NCBI GenBank assembly: GCA_965227515.1
Contig: CBDDFZ010000001.1
Coordinates: 1,216,001-1,280,000, forward strand
Origin: Alphaproteobacteria bacterium
GTDB taxonomy: Bacteria; Pseudomonadota; Alphaproteobacteria; CALKHQ01
Reading direction: 5' to 3'
Length of the DNA: 64,000 nucleotides
Part shown: piece by piece, positions 50,187 through 60,379 of the stretch
How positions within the stretch are numbered: position 1 is the first letter of the stretch
How the letters are laid out: each line of letters opens with the position of its first letter
Translations under genes and position numbers: made by a program
The notes under the pieces: model-generated
Seen by the model: the letters and a program-made list of their open reading frames with translations, nothing else
Databases searched by the model: none
Told to the model about the DNA's origin: nothing

Positions 50187-51131
50187 ATGGTGTCCAAGAA
50201 CGAGCGGTGGCCCGACCTGGGCGCGACCGACTGGTCCGCTACCCGCACGGCGCTGCACCTCTATCTTCAGGTCGTCGGCAAGTACAAGCTGGCGCGCACG
50301 CCGTGGCTCAACCACTCGTGGCATGCGACGCTGCGGGTCACGGCGCGCGGCCTGACCACCATGCTGCTCGACGACGACGGGCTCGGCGTCGAGGTGATCT
50401 TCGATCTTTCGGCGGATCATGTCGTGGTCGAGACATCGGCCGGCGCGCGCGAGACGGTGCCGCTCGACGAAACGTCGGTGGCGTCGTTTCACCAGGCATT
50501 TCGGCATGCGCTCCGCACGGTCGGCGCCAACGATCGTTTTCACGGCACACCGAACGAGATCCCGGACCCGGTGCCCTTCGCCGAGGATCGCGCCGCGCGG
50601 CCCCATGACGGCGATGCGGTGCGACGGCTTCATCGCGCGCTGGTCTCGGCCAACGCCGTCATGGAGCGGTTCCGCACCGGCTTCATCGGCAAGTCGAGCC
50701 CGGTCCACCTGTTCTGGGGCAGTTTCGACCTGGCGGTGACCCGGTTCTCCGGCCGACCGGCACCGCTGCATCCGGGCGGCATTCCCGCTCTGCCCGACGA
50801 GGTCACGCGAGAGGCCTACAGCCACGAGGTGGCGTCTGCCGGCTTCTGGCCCGGTGGCGGCCCGGTGGAGGACGCGGCGTTCTACGCCTACGCCTACCCT
50901 ACGCCGGACGGCTTCGCGGCCGCCAAGATGTCGGTGTCGGACGCGTATTTCCACGAGGGGGCGGGCGAGTTCATCCTGCCCTATGCGGCGGTGGCCGGCG
51001 CCCAAGACCCGGAGGGGACGTTGCTCGCCTTCCTCAGCAATACGTTCGATGCGGCGGCGGACCTGGCCGGCTGGGATCGAGACCGCCTGATCTGCGATAT
51101 CGGCGCGCCGCTGGTGCCGCGCGCGCTATAG
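50187..51131 (+). CDS. DUF5996-family protein
   Basis: TLH-like ALHLYLQVVGK, GKSSPVHLFWGSFDLAVTRFSG and EAYSHEVASAGFWPG. Confidence 0.85.
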   Translation: MVSKNERWPDLGATDWSATRTALHLYLQVVGKYKLARTPWLNHSWHATLRVTARGLTTMLLDDDGLGVEVIFDLSADHVVVETSAGARETVPLDETSVASFHQAFRHALRTVGANDRFHGTPNEIPDPVPFAEDRAARPHDGDAVRRLHRALVSANAVMERFRTGFIGKSSPVHLFWGSFDLAVTRFSGRPAPLHPGGIPALPDEVTREAYSHEVASAGFWPGGGPVEDAAFYAYAYPTPDGFAAAKMSVSDAYFHEGAGEFILPYAAVAGAQDPEGTLLAFLSNTFDAAADLAGWDRDRLICDIGAPLVPRAL

Positions 51132-51147
51132 GGCCTGGGCCGCGCCG

Positions 51148-52770
51148 TCAGACGCCGCGGCTGGTCAGGATCTCGTCGAGTTGGCAGGTGACACGACCGA
51201 CGAGTTGGTCCGGGGCCGCATAGGCTGAGGCATTGGCCAGCCGCGTGTTCGGGTGCCAGGGCCGGCGGTCGGTCACGCCCAGATTGGACCAGTCGACACC
51301 GCGCACCACCCGGATCGCCGGCACCCCGAGCCCACCGGCCAGTTCGCATACCGCGGTCGGGCCGGCGACCAGTGCATCCAGGCACGTCAGCATTGCTGCG
51401 AGCCCGTTCAGATCCTCGAACACGTCCAGGTCCGCCGGATCGATCATGTCGACCGCATTGTCGGCGGCGAACCGGCTGAGTTCCTCGGCCGCCTCGCCGT
51501 ATTGCAGGTTGACGAAACGCAGGCCGGGCCGCTGCAGCAGCGGCAGCCATGCCGACAGCGGGCAGGCGAGCTTGGCACGCACGCCGTCGCTCACGCCACT
51601 GCGCCAGCAGAACCCGACCAGCGCTTGCGCCTCACCGGGGGCCTGCGCGTCGCGCCAGGCACGCCAATGGTCGACCTTCGCCGGGTCGGCGATCAGATAT
51701 GAGGGCGCGGACGGGAATGCGTCGATGCTGGGGCGGCACAGCCCGGGCAGGCTGCCGGCGGCAATGACGGAGTCGACCGACACCTGGGCCAGCCAGGGTC
51801 GGTGCGACAGCCGGATCTGACCGTCGGACGTGACCCGGTTCGGCCGCACTTCGCAGGTCGGGAACGAGCGCACGAACAGGTGCGCCAGCCGCGGGTCGCA
51901 CTCCAGCACGATGGTGGTGCGCTGCCAGCGGTCGATCAGGTCCGGGATGCAGCTTGCGAACAACAGCTCGTCGCCGACGCCTTGCTCGGCTGCGACCAGC
52001 AGACGGCGACCGGGGTCGCTCTTGCCATCCCAGACCGGCAGGTCGCCCGGCAGCCGAACCGCGTTCGCCACCTGGTGGCGGGCTTCCAGCAGCGCCCACC
52101 CCTTGGCCAGATCGCCGCGATGCAGGCTGAGCTGCCCCAAATTGACCGAGGCGCCGGCATGGGCCGGGTCGGCGGCCATGGCGGTTTCCAGCGCGTCGAC
52201 GGCCTCGTCGATGCGCTCGCACGACCACAGCAGGGTGCCGCGATTGTTGTGGGCGGCGGCAAATGTCGGCGACGCGGCGATGGCGGCGTCGAAGGCGCGC
52301 ATGGCTGCCGCTTCCTCGCCGCGCTCCTGCAGCAGCACGCCCATGTTGTTGTGGGCGTTCGGATCGTCGGGCGCGATGGAGATGGCGGCCCGGTAGCTCG
52401 CCAGAGCGCCCACGTCGTCTCCCAATGCCGCACGCAAGAGGCCAAGGTCGTTGTGAACCGTCGCATCGTTCGGGCTCAGTGCGGCGGCGCTGGTCAGCGC
52501 CTCGCAGGCGGCCGCGATGTCGCCGCACGCCTTGTGCAATTCGGCCAGGTTCTTGTGGTAGACCGCCGCCTCCGGGCGCCATTCGATGGCGCGCATGATC
52601 AAGGCGATGCCGAACGGCGTCTTACCCATCTGGTGGGCCAGCACGCCGGTCAGGTGCAGCACCTCCGGGTCTTCGGGCTTGGCCGCCAGCATGCATTGAT
52701 ATGCGGTCAGCGCCTCGTTCAGCCGGCCGGCGCGGTGCAGCCCCAGGGCCTGTTCCAGCGCGACCGTCAT
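51148..52770 (-). CDS. TPR-repeat protein with a C-terminal glycosyltransferase-like (GT-B) domain, paralog 3
   Basis: N-terminal TPRs, then EQGVGDEL, VGFCWRSG and FVNLQYG. Confidence 0.82.
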   Translation of the reverse strand: MTVALEQALGLHRAGRLNEALTAYQCMLAAKPEDPEVLHLTGVLAHQMGKTPFGIALIMRAIEWRPEAAVYHKNLAELHKACGDIAAACEALTSAAALSPNDATVHNDLGLLRAALGDDVGALASYRAAISIAPDDPNAHNNMGVLLQERGEEAAAMRAFDAAIAASPTFAAAHNNRGTLLWSCERIDEAVDALETAMAADPAHAGASVNLGQLSLHRGDLAKGWALLEARHQVANAVRLPGDLPVWDGKSDPGRRLLVAAEQGVGDELLFASCIPDLIDRWQRTTIVLECDPRLAHLFVRSFPTCEVRPNRVTSDGQIRLSHRPWLAQVSVDSVIAAGSLPGLCRPSIDAFPSAPSYLIADPAKVDHWRAWRDAQAPGEAQALVGFCWRSGVSDGVRAKLACPLSAWLPLLQRPGLRFVNLQYGEAAEELSRFAADNAVDMIDPADLDVFEDLNGLAAMLTCLDALVAGPTAVCELAGGLGVPAIRVVRGVDWSNLGVTDRRPWHPNTRLANASAYAAPDQLVGRVTCQLDEILTSRGV

Positions 52771-54398
52771 GCGGCGGTGCGCGCGTCGTCGGCGAGCAGG
52801 TCCAGGGCGGTGTCGATGACCGGCTGGAAGTCGCGGTCGTCATGCCATTCGCGCGACAGCCACACCAGTTTCTGCTTGCCGAACCATGGGCTTTTCTCGC
52901 CGCCGAAATTGGCCCAGTCGCTGCCACGCATCAGCCGCAGCGTCGCCGTGTCGACCGCTGCCGACAGCATGGCCACCGCCGTGGGCGCGGAAATCACCAG
53001 ATCGAGTGCCGCCATCAGGTCCGACGTGTCGGCGAGATCGTTGTACTGGTCGAGGTCGGGCGGATCGAGCACCGTGACCCCGGTGCCGGCAACGGCCTCG
53101 TCCCATTCCGACGCGCCGGCGTCGTACTGCAGGTTGACGAAGGTCGCCTCCGGCATCGCCTCGAACAGGTGGCGCCACGCGGAGACAGGCGGGAACCGGC
53201 TGTTGCGCCAGGCATCGCTCAGGCTGCTGCGCCAGCAAAGCCCGATGCGCTTGCCGCGACCGTTCGCGGCCAGCCATGCATCCCACTTCGCCTGGCCGGC
53301 CGGGTCGGGCCGCAGCACCGGGGCCACGCTGCCGTAGGGCGGCGTCAGATAGCGCGGCAGGTCGCCGTGGCAGGTCACCACATCCACGGGCTCGAACCGG
53401 CGCACCCAGGAGTAGTCGGTGTTGATCTGCAAGCCCTGGACGGTGCCCTGCACCGGCAGCACCGTGGCCGTGGGGAACGAGCGCTGGAACAGGTCGACCA
53501 GCTTGACCGCGCATTCGATCACCACCTGGCCGTCGGGACCGACCTGGTCGATCAGCGCCGGGATGCAGGATGAGAACGCGACCTGGTCGCCGATGCCGAG
53601 TTCGGAGATCACCACCACACGCTTGCCGGCCAGGTTCTCGCCGCGCCACATGCGGTCGCGCAGCAGGGCCGGCAGCGGCTCGCCGTTGACGCGCCAGCGT
53701 GCCTCATAGTCGCGCCAGCCTTCCTCCAGCCTGCCCATCGACAACAGGGTGAACGACCGCGCCATGCGAACCTCGGCGTTGTCGGGGTCGAGCGCCAGCG
53801 AACGGTCGTAGGCGTCGATGCTGTCGTCCAGCTTGCCGGTCTCGCAGGCGACGACGCCGAAATTGGCTTGCATGCGCGCGTTGTTCGGGGCCAGTGCGGC
53901 GGCGTGCTTCAGCACCTCGAAGGCATCGTTGTAGTGGCCGGCGTCGACCTGCTGGCGGCCGAGCTCGGTCCAGCCCTGCAGGTGTTCCGGCGCGTGGGCC
54001 AGACCCTCGCGCAGCGTCGCGATGCCGCGCTCCGGATCGCCGGCCTGGGCGTGCGCCCGGCTGAGCAGGATGCGCGCGGCCATGCGGTCGGCGACCACTT
54101 CCACGGCGGCGCCCAGAATGCGGATCGCATCGCCGGGGCGACCGGCGGCCGAGGCCATGCGCGCCAGGTCCTCGTGCAGGTCCAGGCGGTGCGGTGCCGC
54201 GGCCAGGGCGGCTTGCATCAGCTCCTCGGCGCGCTCCAGGTCGCCATCCTTGCCGGCGATCAGCGCGGTCAGGCGCAGGGCCTCGGGGTCCTTGGGGTCG
54301 CGCAGCAGCGCCAGCCGGCACAAGGCGGTGGCGGATTGGGTGTTGCCGGATTCGAGCTGCGTCGCGGCGCGACCAGCCAGCGTTGCGCCAGCACTCAT
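52767..54398 (-). CDS. TPR-repeat protein with a glycosyltransferase-like domain, paralog 2
   Basis: TPRs, then ELGIGDQV, IGLCWRSS, FVNLQYD and LDLVISAPTAV. Confidence 0.82.
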   Translation of the reverse strand: MSAGATLAGRAATQLESGNTQSATALCRLALLRDPKDPEALRLTALIAGKDGDLERAEELMQAALAAAPHRLDLHEDLARMASAAGRPGDAIRILGAAVEVVADRMAARILLSRAHAQAGDPERGIATLREGLAHAPEHLQGWTELGRQQVDAGHYNDAFEVLKHAAALAPNNARMQANFGVVACETGKLDDSIDAYDRSLALDPDNAEVRMARSFTLLSMGRLEEGWRDYEARWRVNGEPLPALLRDRMWRGENLAGKRVVVISELGIGDQVAFSSCIPALIDQVGPDGQVVIECAVKLVDLFQRSFPTATVLPVQGTVQGLQINTDYSWVRRFEPVDVVTCHGDLPRYLTPPYGSVAPVLRPDPAGQAKWDAWLAANGRGKRIGLCWRSSLSDAWRNSRFPPVSAWRHLFEAMPEATFVNLQYDAGASEWDEAVAGTGVTVLDPPDLDQYNDLADTSDLMAALDLVISAPTAVAMLSAAVDTATLRLMRGSDWANFGGEKSPWFGKQKLVWLSREWHDDRDFQPVIDTALDLLADDARTAA

Positions 54399-54411
54399 GA
54401 CGTGAATGCGC

Positions 54412-56151
54412 TCATGATTTGGAGAAGTGGGTGCGGACGTCTTCAACCAGCCGGGCCAGCTCCTCGGCGCGGTCGCTATCGCGCGCCATGGTGAACTGCT
54501 TGACGCTGGGGAACCATGGCGAGCGTTCCTGGCCCAGGCAGGACCAGTCCGATCCGATGATGACGCGCCAGCACGGCACGTTGACGGCGCCGGCGATCTG
54601 CGCCACCGCCGTCGGCGCGGAGATGACCCCGTCCAGGGCGGCGATCAGGCCCGAAGTGCGATCCAGGTCGTCCTTCATGTCGAGGTCGTCGAAATGGTGC
54701 AGCTTGATGCCGGTCGCGGCCTCGAACTCGGCCCGTTCGGCGCCGCTTTCGTCGTATTGAAGGTCGATGAAGGTCACGCCCTCCAGCGACCCTAAGGCGT
54801 GGAAGTCCATCAGCGACGCATACAGCCAGTCGCGGTTGGCGGCCTTAAGGCCGCTGCGCCAGCACAGGCCGAACTTGCGGTTGCCGTCGATGCCCGCCAG
54901 CCGTCGGCGCCATCCGGCGACGGTGCGGCCGTCCGGCTTGAACAGCTTGCCGGAGCGCCTGAACGACGCCAGGTCGGGGCGCACGAATCCCGGCAGGGAC
55001 CCGGCGGCGATATAGACGTCCGGGCGCTGCGCCTGGGGCAGGGCGTCCAGCCAGGTGTAGCTATGGCGGCGCAGGCCCTCGTCGTCCAGCCACGTGACCG
55101 CCGGCCGCACCGTGGCGTCCGGAAAAGCGCGCTGGAACACCGGCACCAGCTTCGGCGCGCACTCGATGACCACGTGGTGCGCCAGCTCGATCGCGTCGGG
55201 GATGCACGACGCGTACATGATCTCGTCGCCGATGCCCTGCTCGGCGGCGACCAGCAGCGACAGGCCGGTCAGGTCGTCGCCGTCCCATTGCGGGATCGAC
55301 AGGTGGTCCTGGATGCAGTCCAGCCCGGCGACGCCGCGCGCCCAGCGCGATTCGTAGAGTTCGAAGCCGCCTTCGAGGTCGCCGGTGCCGAGCTTGGACA
55401 GGGCCAGGTTCCACATCGCGTCCTTGTGTTCCGGCATCAGGTCGATGGTGCGGCTGAGGGTCGAGACCGCCTGGTCCAGCCGACCGGTCTCGATGAACAG
55501 GACGCCCAGATTGTAGAACACCTCCGGGCTTTCCGGCTTCAGGCTGAGCGCGCGATAGAAGGCGCTTTCCGCCTCTTCCACCCGCTGCAGCTTGTGCAGG
55601 GCGCTGCCCAGGTTCATCAGCGCTTCGGGCCACGCCGGCTTGCGGTCCACGGCATCGCGATAGGCGACGACGGCCGCGGCATAGTCTCCGGCGGCACTCA
55701 GCGCGTTGCCCAGGTTGTAGTGGGTGGCAACGTCGTCCGGGTCCAGGGTCAGGGCCGACCGGTAGGCGATGGTCGCTTCCTTGTACGCGCCCAGCCGCGC
55801 CAGACACACACCCATGTTGTAGTGCGACGGCGCGTGCCCGGGCTCGGTCAGGATCGCACGGCGATAGGCGCCAAGCGCCTGGGTCTCCTGACTGGCGGCC
55901 TGCAGCGCATTGCCGTGGTAGAAATGGAACAGCGCGTTCTGGGGATTGTTGCGGCTGGCAACCGACAGGTGACGGATCGCAGACTGGGTGTCGCCGTCGC
56001 CCAACTCCACCATGCCCAGCAGGAATCGCGCGCTGGCGTTCGACAGGTCGGTGGACAGCACCTGCATGCAGATCTGCGCAGCGTCGGCCAGTTGGCCTTC
56101 GTTGAAGAACTGGAGCGCGCGCGCGAGCGATGTGTCGGTGGCGGTTTGCAT
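54412..56151 (-). CDS. TPR-repeat protein with a glycosyltransferase-like domain, paralog 1
   Basis: TPRs, then EQGIGDEI, FGLCWRSG, FIDLQYD and LDGVISAPTAV. Confidence 0.82.
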   Translation of the reverse strand: MQTATDTSLARALQFFNEGQLADAAQICMQVLSTDLSNASARFLLGMVELGDGDTQSAIRHLSVASRNNPQNALFHFYHGNALQAASQETQALGAYRRAILTEPGHAPSHYNMGVCLARLGAYKEATIAYRSALTLDPDDVATHYNLGNALSAAGDYAAAVVAYRDAVDRKPAWPEALMNLGSALHKLQRVEEAESAFYRALSLKPESPEVFYNLGVLFIETGRLDQAVSTLSRTIDLMPEHKDAMWNLALSKLGTGDLEGGFELYESRWARGVAGLDCIQDHLSIPQWDGDDLTGLSLLVAAEQGIGDEIMYASCIPDAIELAHHVVIECAPKLVPVFQRAFPDATVRPAVTWLDDEGLRRHSYTWLDALPQAQRPDVYIAAGSLPGFVRPDLASFRRSGKLFKPDGRTVAGWRRRLAGIDGNRKFGLCWRSGLKAANRDWLYASLMDFHALGSLEGVTFIDLQYDESGAERAEFEAATGIKLHHFDDLDMKDDLDRTSGLIAALDGVISAPTAVAQIAGAVNVPCWRVIIGSDWSCLGQERSPWFPSVKQFTMARDSDRAEELARLVEDVRTHFSKS

Positions 56152-56352
56152 GGGCGCACTATTGCGCCAAGACGGGAAACAGTTTCTTACCTGCACGAAT
56201 TTTAGGGGCATTTTTTCTGTATTTTCAGTGCCAACGGCATGGCGCGAGATTCCGGCGCTGGCATCGCCGCCGATGCCGATTTGCCGACTTTGCACGTAAT
56301 GGGGAACGATCGCGCCTTGCCCTGGCGGCGAGAATGACGATATGGAAGCGTT

Positions 56353-56445
56353 GGGAGGTTGGTGCGGACGTAACCCTCGCCAACCCGGTCAGGTCCGGAA
56401 GGAAGCAGCCGTAACGAGACTGTTGCGGGTCGCTGCCAGCCTCCT
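56353..56445 (+). ncRNA. ffs: Signal recognition particle RNA (4.5S)
   Basis: Domain IV motif CGGTCAGGTCCGGAAGGAAGCAGCCG and terminal stem GGAGGTTGGT/GCCAGCCTCC, directly upstream of dnaX. Confidence 0.95.
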
Positions 56446-56564
56446 GCATTGCCCTGTGCGAGGTGTGCCAAGCGCGCCGTTGCGCCGTGGGGGCGATGCC
56501 TGCATCCGTGCCCAGAGCGGAGCAATGGGCAAGCTGAGCATTGAGCATAGGGCCGACCTGCTGG

Positions 56565-58598
56565 ATGAGCGACGCGCCGCCCCAAGCCACCCCTGAAACG
56601 AACGATTCCGACGCGATTTCGCAGGGCGCGGACCCTGACGATACCGCCACCGGCGCCTTGTTCGGCGATGTGCCCGGCCCTGACGGCGCGCCGACCTCAG
56701 AACCAGCCGAAGCAACCGCGTCAGACGCCGGCCAATCCGACAACGGTGCCGCCTATCTGGTGCTGGCGCGCAAGTACCGCCCGCAACGCTTCGCCGATGT
56801 CATCGGCCAGGATGCGCTGATTCGCACCCTGACCAACGCGATCACCGCCGGCCGCGTCCACCATGCCTATCTGCTGACCGGCCCGCGCGGGGTGGGCAAG
56901 ACCACGTCGGCCCGGCTGATCGCCCGCGCGCTGAACTGCATCGGGCCGGATGGCAATGGCGGCCCGACGGCGGAGCCCTGCGGGGTGTGCGAGAACTGCA
57001 CCGCCATCGGCGCCGACCGCCATGTCGACGTGATCGAGATGGACGCCGCCTCCCACACCGGCATCGACAACATGCGCGAGGTGCTGGACGGCGTGCGCTA
57101 CCGCCCGGTGTCGGCGCGCAACAAGGTCTACATCATCGACGAGGTCCACATGCTGTCGCGCAGCGCCTTCAACGCGCTGCTGAAGACGCTGGAGGAGCCG
57201 CCGGACAACGTGGTGTTCATCTTCGCCACCACCGAGTTCCGCAAGGTGCCGGCGACGGTGGTGTCGCGGTGCATGCGCTTCGACCTGCGCCGGGTCGCAC
57301 AGGACGAGTTGGTCGCCTATCTGGCCCAGGTCTGCGCCAAGGAAGGCCGCGAGGTTGCCGACGAGGCGCTGCATCTGATCGCCCGGGCGGGCGAGGGCTC
57401 GGTCCGCGATTCGCTGTCGCTGCTGGATCAGGCGCTGGCCCTGGGCGGCGCGGATGCGGCGCTGACGTCCGACCAGGTGCGCACCATGCTGGGGCTTGCC
57501 GACCGCAGCCAGGTGCTGGACCTGCTGGACCTGGTGGCGAAGGGCGACGCGGCGGGCGCGCTCGACCTGTTCGGCACCATGTACGCGGCCGGGGCCGACG
57601 CCACCCTGGTGCTGCAGGACCTGCTCGATACTACCCATGGGCTCACCCGGCTGAAGCTGGCGCCGACCGAAACGCCGCCGCCGGGGCAGAGCGCCGAACA
57701 GCACCGCCGCGCCTCGGAACTGGCCGAGCAGCTCACCCTCTCGCGGTTGTCGCGGGCCTGGCAGATGATGCTGAAGGGCGTTGCCGACGTGCAGACCGCG
57801 CCCGATGCCCATGCCGCGATGGACATGCTGCTGGTGCGCATTGCCTACGTCCACGATATGCCGACCCCCGGCGACCTCGCGGCGCTGCTGGCCGGCGGCG
57901 CGGGCGCTGCCGCACCGGTACCGTCGAGTACCGCACCTGGCGGCGCTCCGGGGCAAGGCAGCCCGGCGGCGACTGCACCGGCGGCGACTGCACCGGCGGC
58001 GACCGCTCCGGTGGCGGCTGCACCGGCCGCGCAGATTGCCGACAGCGCACCGCCGGCCGATCAGCCGCCACCCTATGACGAGCCGCCGCCCTACGAGGCC
58101 GATCCCCACGACGCGCCGCGTCAGGCAGCCCCCAGGCAGGTGCTGGCGCCGCAGTCCTTCGCCGATGTGGTGGCGCTGGTCTATGACAAGCGCGAGGGCA
58201 TGCTGCACGCCCATCTGCGCACCAGCGTGCACCTGGTCAGCTTCCGTCCCGGCCATATCGAGTTGCGGCCCGGCGCCGATGCGCCGAGCGACCTGGCGCC
58301 GCGGCTGAGCCAATTGCTGACCGAATGGACCGGCACCCGCTGGCTGGTCGGCATTTCCGACGAGGAGGGCGCGCCCACCCTCAGGGAGCAGGAGTCCTCG
58401 CTGGCCGACGCGCGCGAGCGCGAGGTGCGCGAGCATCCCCTGGTCCGTGCTGCCCTGGAGACGTTCCCGGGCGCCGAGATCAGGGCGGTGCGGGATCGCG
58501 TGCGCCCCGACGACCTTGCCACCGACGACAGTGCAGCCGATGGCGATGCAACCGACGACGGCGACGACGCGCCGGAACTGATGAGCGACGAAGGATAG
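56565..58598 (+). CDS. dnaX: DNA polymerase III subunit gamma/tau
   Basis: YLVLARKYRPQ, GPRGVGKT, DEVHMLS, LKTLEEP and SRC. Confidence 0.96.
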   Translation: MSDAPPQATPETNDSDAISQGADPDDTATGALFGDVPGPDGAPTSEPAEATASDAGQSDNGAAYLVLARKYRPQRFADVIGQDALIRTLTNAITAGRVHHAYLLTGPRGVGKTTSARLIARALNCIGPDGNGGPTAEPCGVCENCTAIGADRHVDVIEMDAASHTGIDNMREVLDGVRYRPVSARNKVYIIDEVHMLSRSAFNALLKTLEEPPDNVVFIFATTEFRKVPATVVSRCMRFDLRRVAQDELVAYLAQVCAKEGREVADEALHLIARAGEGSVRDSLSLLDQALALGGADAALTSDQVRTMLGLADRSQVLDLLDLVAKGDAAGALDLFGTMYAAGADATLVLQDLLDTTHGLTRLKLAPTETPPPGQSAEQHRRASELAEQLTLSRLSRAWQMMLKGVADVQTAPDAHAAMDMLLVRIAYVHDMPTPGDLAALLAGGAGAAAPVPSSTAPGGAPGQGSPAATAPAATAPAATAPVAAAPAAQIADSAPPADQPPPYDEPPPYEADPHDAPRQAAPRQVLAPQSFADVVALVYDKREGMLHAHLRTSVHLVSFRPGHIELRPGADAPSDLAPRLSQLLTEWTGTRWLVGISDEEGAPTLREQESSLADAREREVREHPLVRAALETFPGAEIRAVRDRVRPDDLATDDSAADGDATDDGDDAPELMSDEG

Positions 58599-58601
58599 AC
58601 A

Positions 58602-58925
58602 ATGAAGAACCTCGGGCAACTGATGAAGCAGGCCCAGCAGATGCAGGCCAAGATGCAGGAAATGCAGGAGGCGATGGCATCCGCCGAGATCACCGGCCAG
58701 TCGGGCGGTGGCATGGTGATGGTGACCCTGAACGGCAAGGGCGAGGCGCGCGGGCTGAAGATCGACCCGGAACTGCTGGACCCGAACGAGACCGAAGTGC
58801 TGGAAGACCTGGTGGTCGCCGCCTTCAACGACGCCAAGGGCAAGGTCGAGTCCTACACCCAGGAGAAGATGGCCGAGGTGACCGGCGGCCTAGAGCTGCC
58901 AGGCGGCATGAAGCTGCCGTTCTGA
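58602..58925 (+). CDS. ybaB: YbaB/EbfC nucleoid-associated protein
   Basis: [14 protein letters not shown] and [12 protein letters not shown]. Lies between dnaX and recR. Confidence 0.95.
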   Translation: MKNLGQLMKQAQQMQAKMQEMQEAMASAEITGQSGGGMVMVTLNGKGEARGLKIDPELLDPNETEVLEDLVVAAFNDAKGKVESYTQEKMAEVTGGLELPGGMKLPF

Positions 58926-58980
58926 GGCACGGGCGCCTGGCGCGCCCTTTTCCCCCGAATCTGCATCGAAAGCCCGGACC

Positions 58981-59574
58981 TTGGCTGGAGCGGAGATAGA
59001 CCGCGTCATCCAGTTGCTGGCGCGGCTGCCGGGGCTTGGCCCCCGCTCGGCGCGCCGCGCGACCTTGCACCTGCTGAACCGGCGCGAGGCGTTGCTGGAG
59101 CCGCTGGCGCGCGCGCTGGGCGAGGCGGCTCAGGCGGTGCGCCAGTGCGGCACCTGCGGCAACCTGGACACAACCGACCCATGCGCGGTCTGCGCTGATC
59201 CGAAGCGCGACGGCACGATCGTGTGCGTGGTCGAGCACATCGCGGACCTGTGGGCGATGGAGCGCACCGCCGCCTTTCGCGGCCGTTATCACGTGCTGGG
59301 CGGCACCTTGTCGGCGCTGGATGGCGTCGGGCCGGAGGACCTGCGCATCGGTGTGCTGATCGAACGTATTGCGCGCGACGGCGTGTCGGAGGTGATCCTG
59401 GCGCTGAATGCCACCGTAGAGGGACAGACGACGGCGCACTTCATCGCCGAGCGGCTGGCCGACAGCGGCGTCACCGTCACCCGCCTGGCCCATGGCGTGC
59501 CGGTCGGCGGCGAGCTCGACTACCTGGACGACGGCACATTGATGGCGGCGCTGAAGGCCCGGCGCCCGGCCTAG
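58981..59574 (+). CDS. recR: Recombination mediator RecR
   Basis: [10 protein letters not shown]4 zinc finger, YHVLGG and [12 protein letters not shown]. Confidence 0.96.
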   Translation: MAGAEIDRVIQLLARLPGLGPRSARRATLHLLNRREALLEPLARALGEAAQAVRQCGTCGNLDTTDPCAVCADPKRDGTIVCVVEHIADLWAMERTAAFRGRYHVLGGTLSALDGVGPEDLRIGVLIERIARDGVSEVILALNATVEGQTTAHFIAERLADSGVTVTRLAHGVPVGGELDYLDDGTLMAALKARRPA

Positions 59575-59638
59575 ATCGGCATTCGGCACCAGCCCTTATC
59601 CCCTTGACCTGTCCGTTGGATCGCCCACAAATCAAGCC

Positions 59639-60379
59639 ATGCCCCGACCGCGACTCTTGCTGATCACCATCATGGGCACGCCCGACAAGGTGCCGCCCGG
59701 CATCTATGACGACGCGCCGGACGGCCCCGACGACCGGGCGTGGTTTCGCACCCGCTTGGCCGAGTTGGGCATGGATAGCGGCTTCGACTATCTGGAGGCC
59801 GACGGCTGCATGGACGAGGTGCTGCCGGCGCCGGCGCTGGCCGACGCGGTGGTCGTTGGCGGCAGTTGGCATTCGGTCTACGAGGACCATCCCTGGCAGC
59901 GCCGGGTGCTCGACTGGCTGCGGGGCTGGCGCGCCACCGGCCGGCCCTTGTTCGGCATCTGCGGCGGACACCAGATGGCCTGCGCCGCGCTGGGCGGCAC
60001 GGTCGAGCGGATGACCGGCGGTACCCACGCCGCGACCGACATCGTCGAGGTGACGTCGGCGGGCCTCGCGCATCCGATGTTTTCCGGCTTGCCGGCGCGG
60101 GTGAACGTCCACCTCGCCCACGACGACCATGTGACCGTGCTGCCGGCGGGGGCCAGCGTGCTGGCCACTTATCGCGACACGGTGATGGCGCTGGACCTGG
60201 GCGGTGGCTGGTGGACCACGCAATTCCACCCGGAAATGTCGCGCGACTGCATGGTGCGTGGCTGGAACCACCTGGAGCCGCGTCACAGTGCCAACTACAC
60301 CGACCGTCACGACGGGCTGCCGATCATTGCCAACGTCGCGCGGTCGTGGCTTGCCGGACGGGCCAGCGATGCTGCGTAG
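59639..60379 (+). CDS. Class I glutamine amidotransferase-like protein
   Basis: GICGGHQ and QFHPE catalytic triad motifs. Confidence 0.88.
   Translation: MPRPRLLLITIMGTPDKVPPGIYDDAPDGPDDRAWFRTRLAELGMDSGFDYLEADGCMDEVLPAPALADAVVVGGSWHSVYEDHPWQRRVLDWLRGWRATGRPLFGICGGHQMACAALGGTVERMTGGTHAATDIVEVTSAGLAHPMFSGLPARVNVHLAHDDHVTVLPAGASVLATYRDTVMALDLGGGWWTTQFHPEMSRDCMVRGWNHLEPRHSANYTDRHDGLPIIANVARSWLAGRASDAA

Noticed and set aside
56300-56540. tRNA or integration site beside ffs
   Set aside because: No cloverleaf, integrase or duplicated ffs end was seen.
57840-58140. Programmed frameshift in dnaX producing a gamma subunit
   Set aside because: There is no A-rich slippery site, only a Pro/Ala-rich linker with 15-bp repeats.
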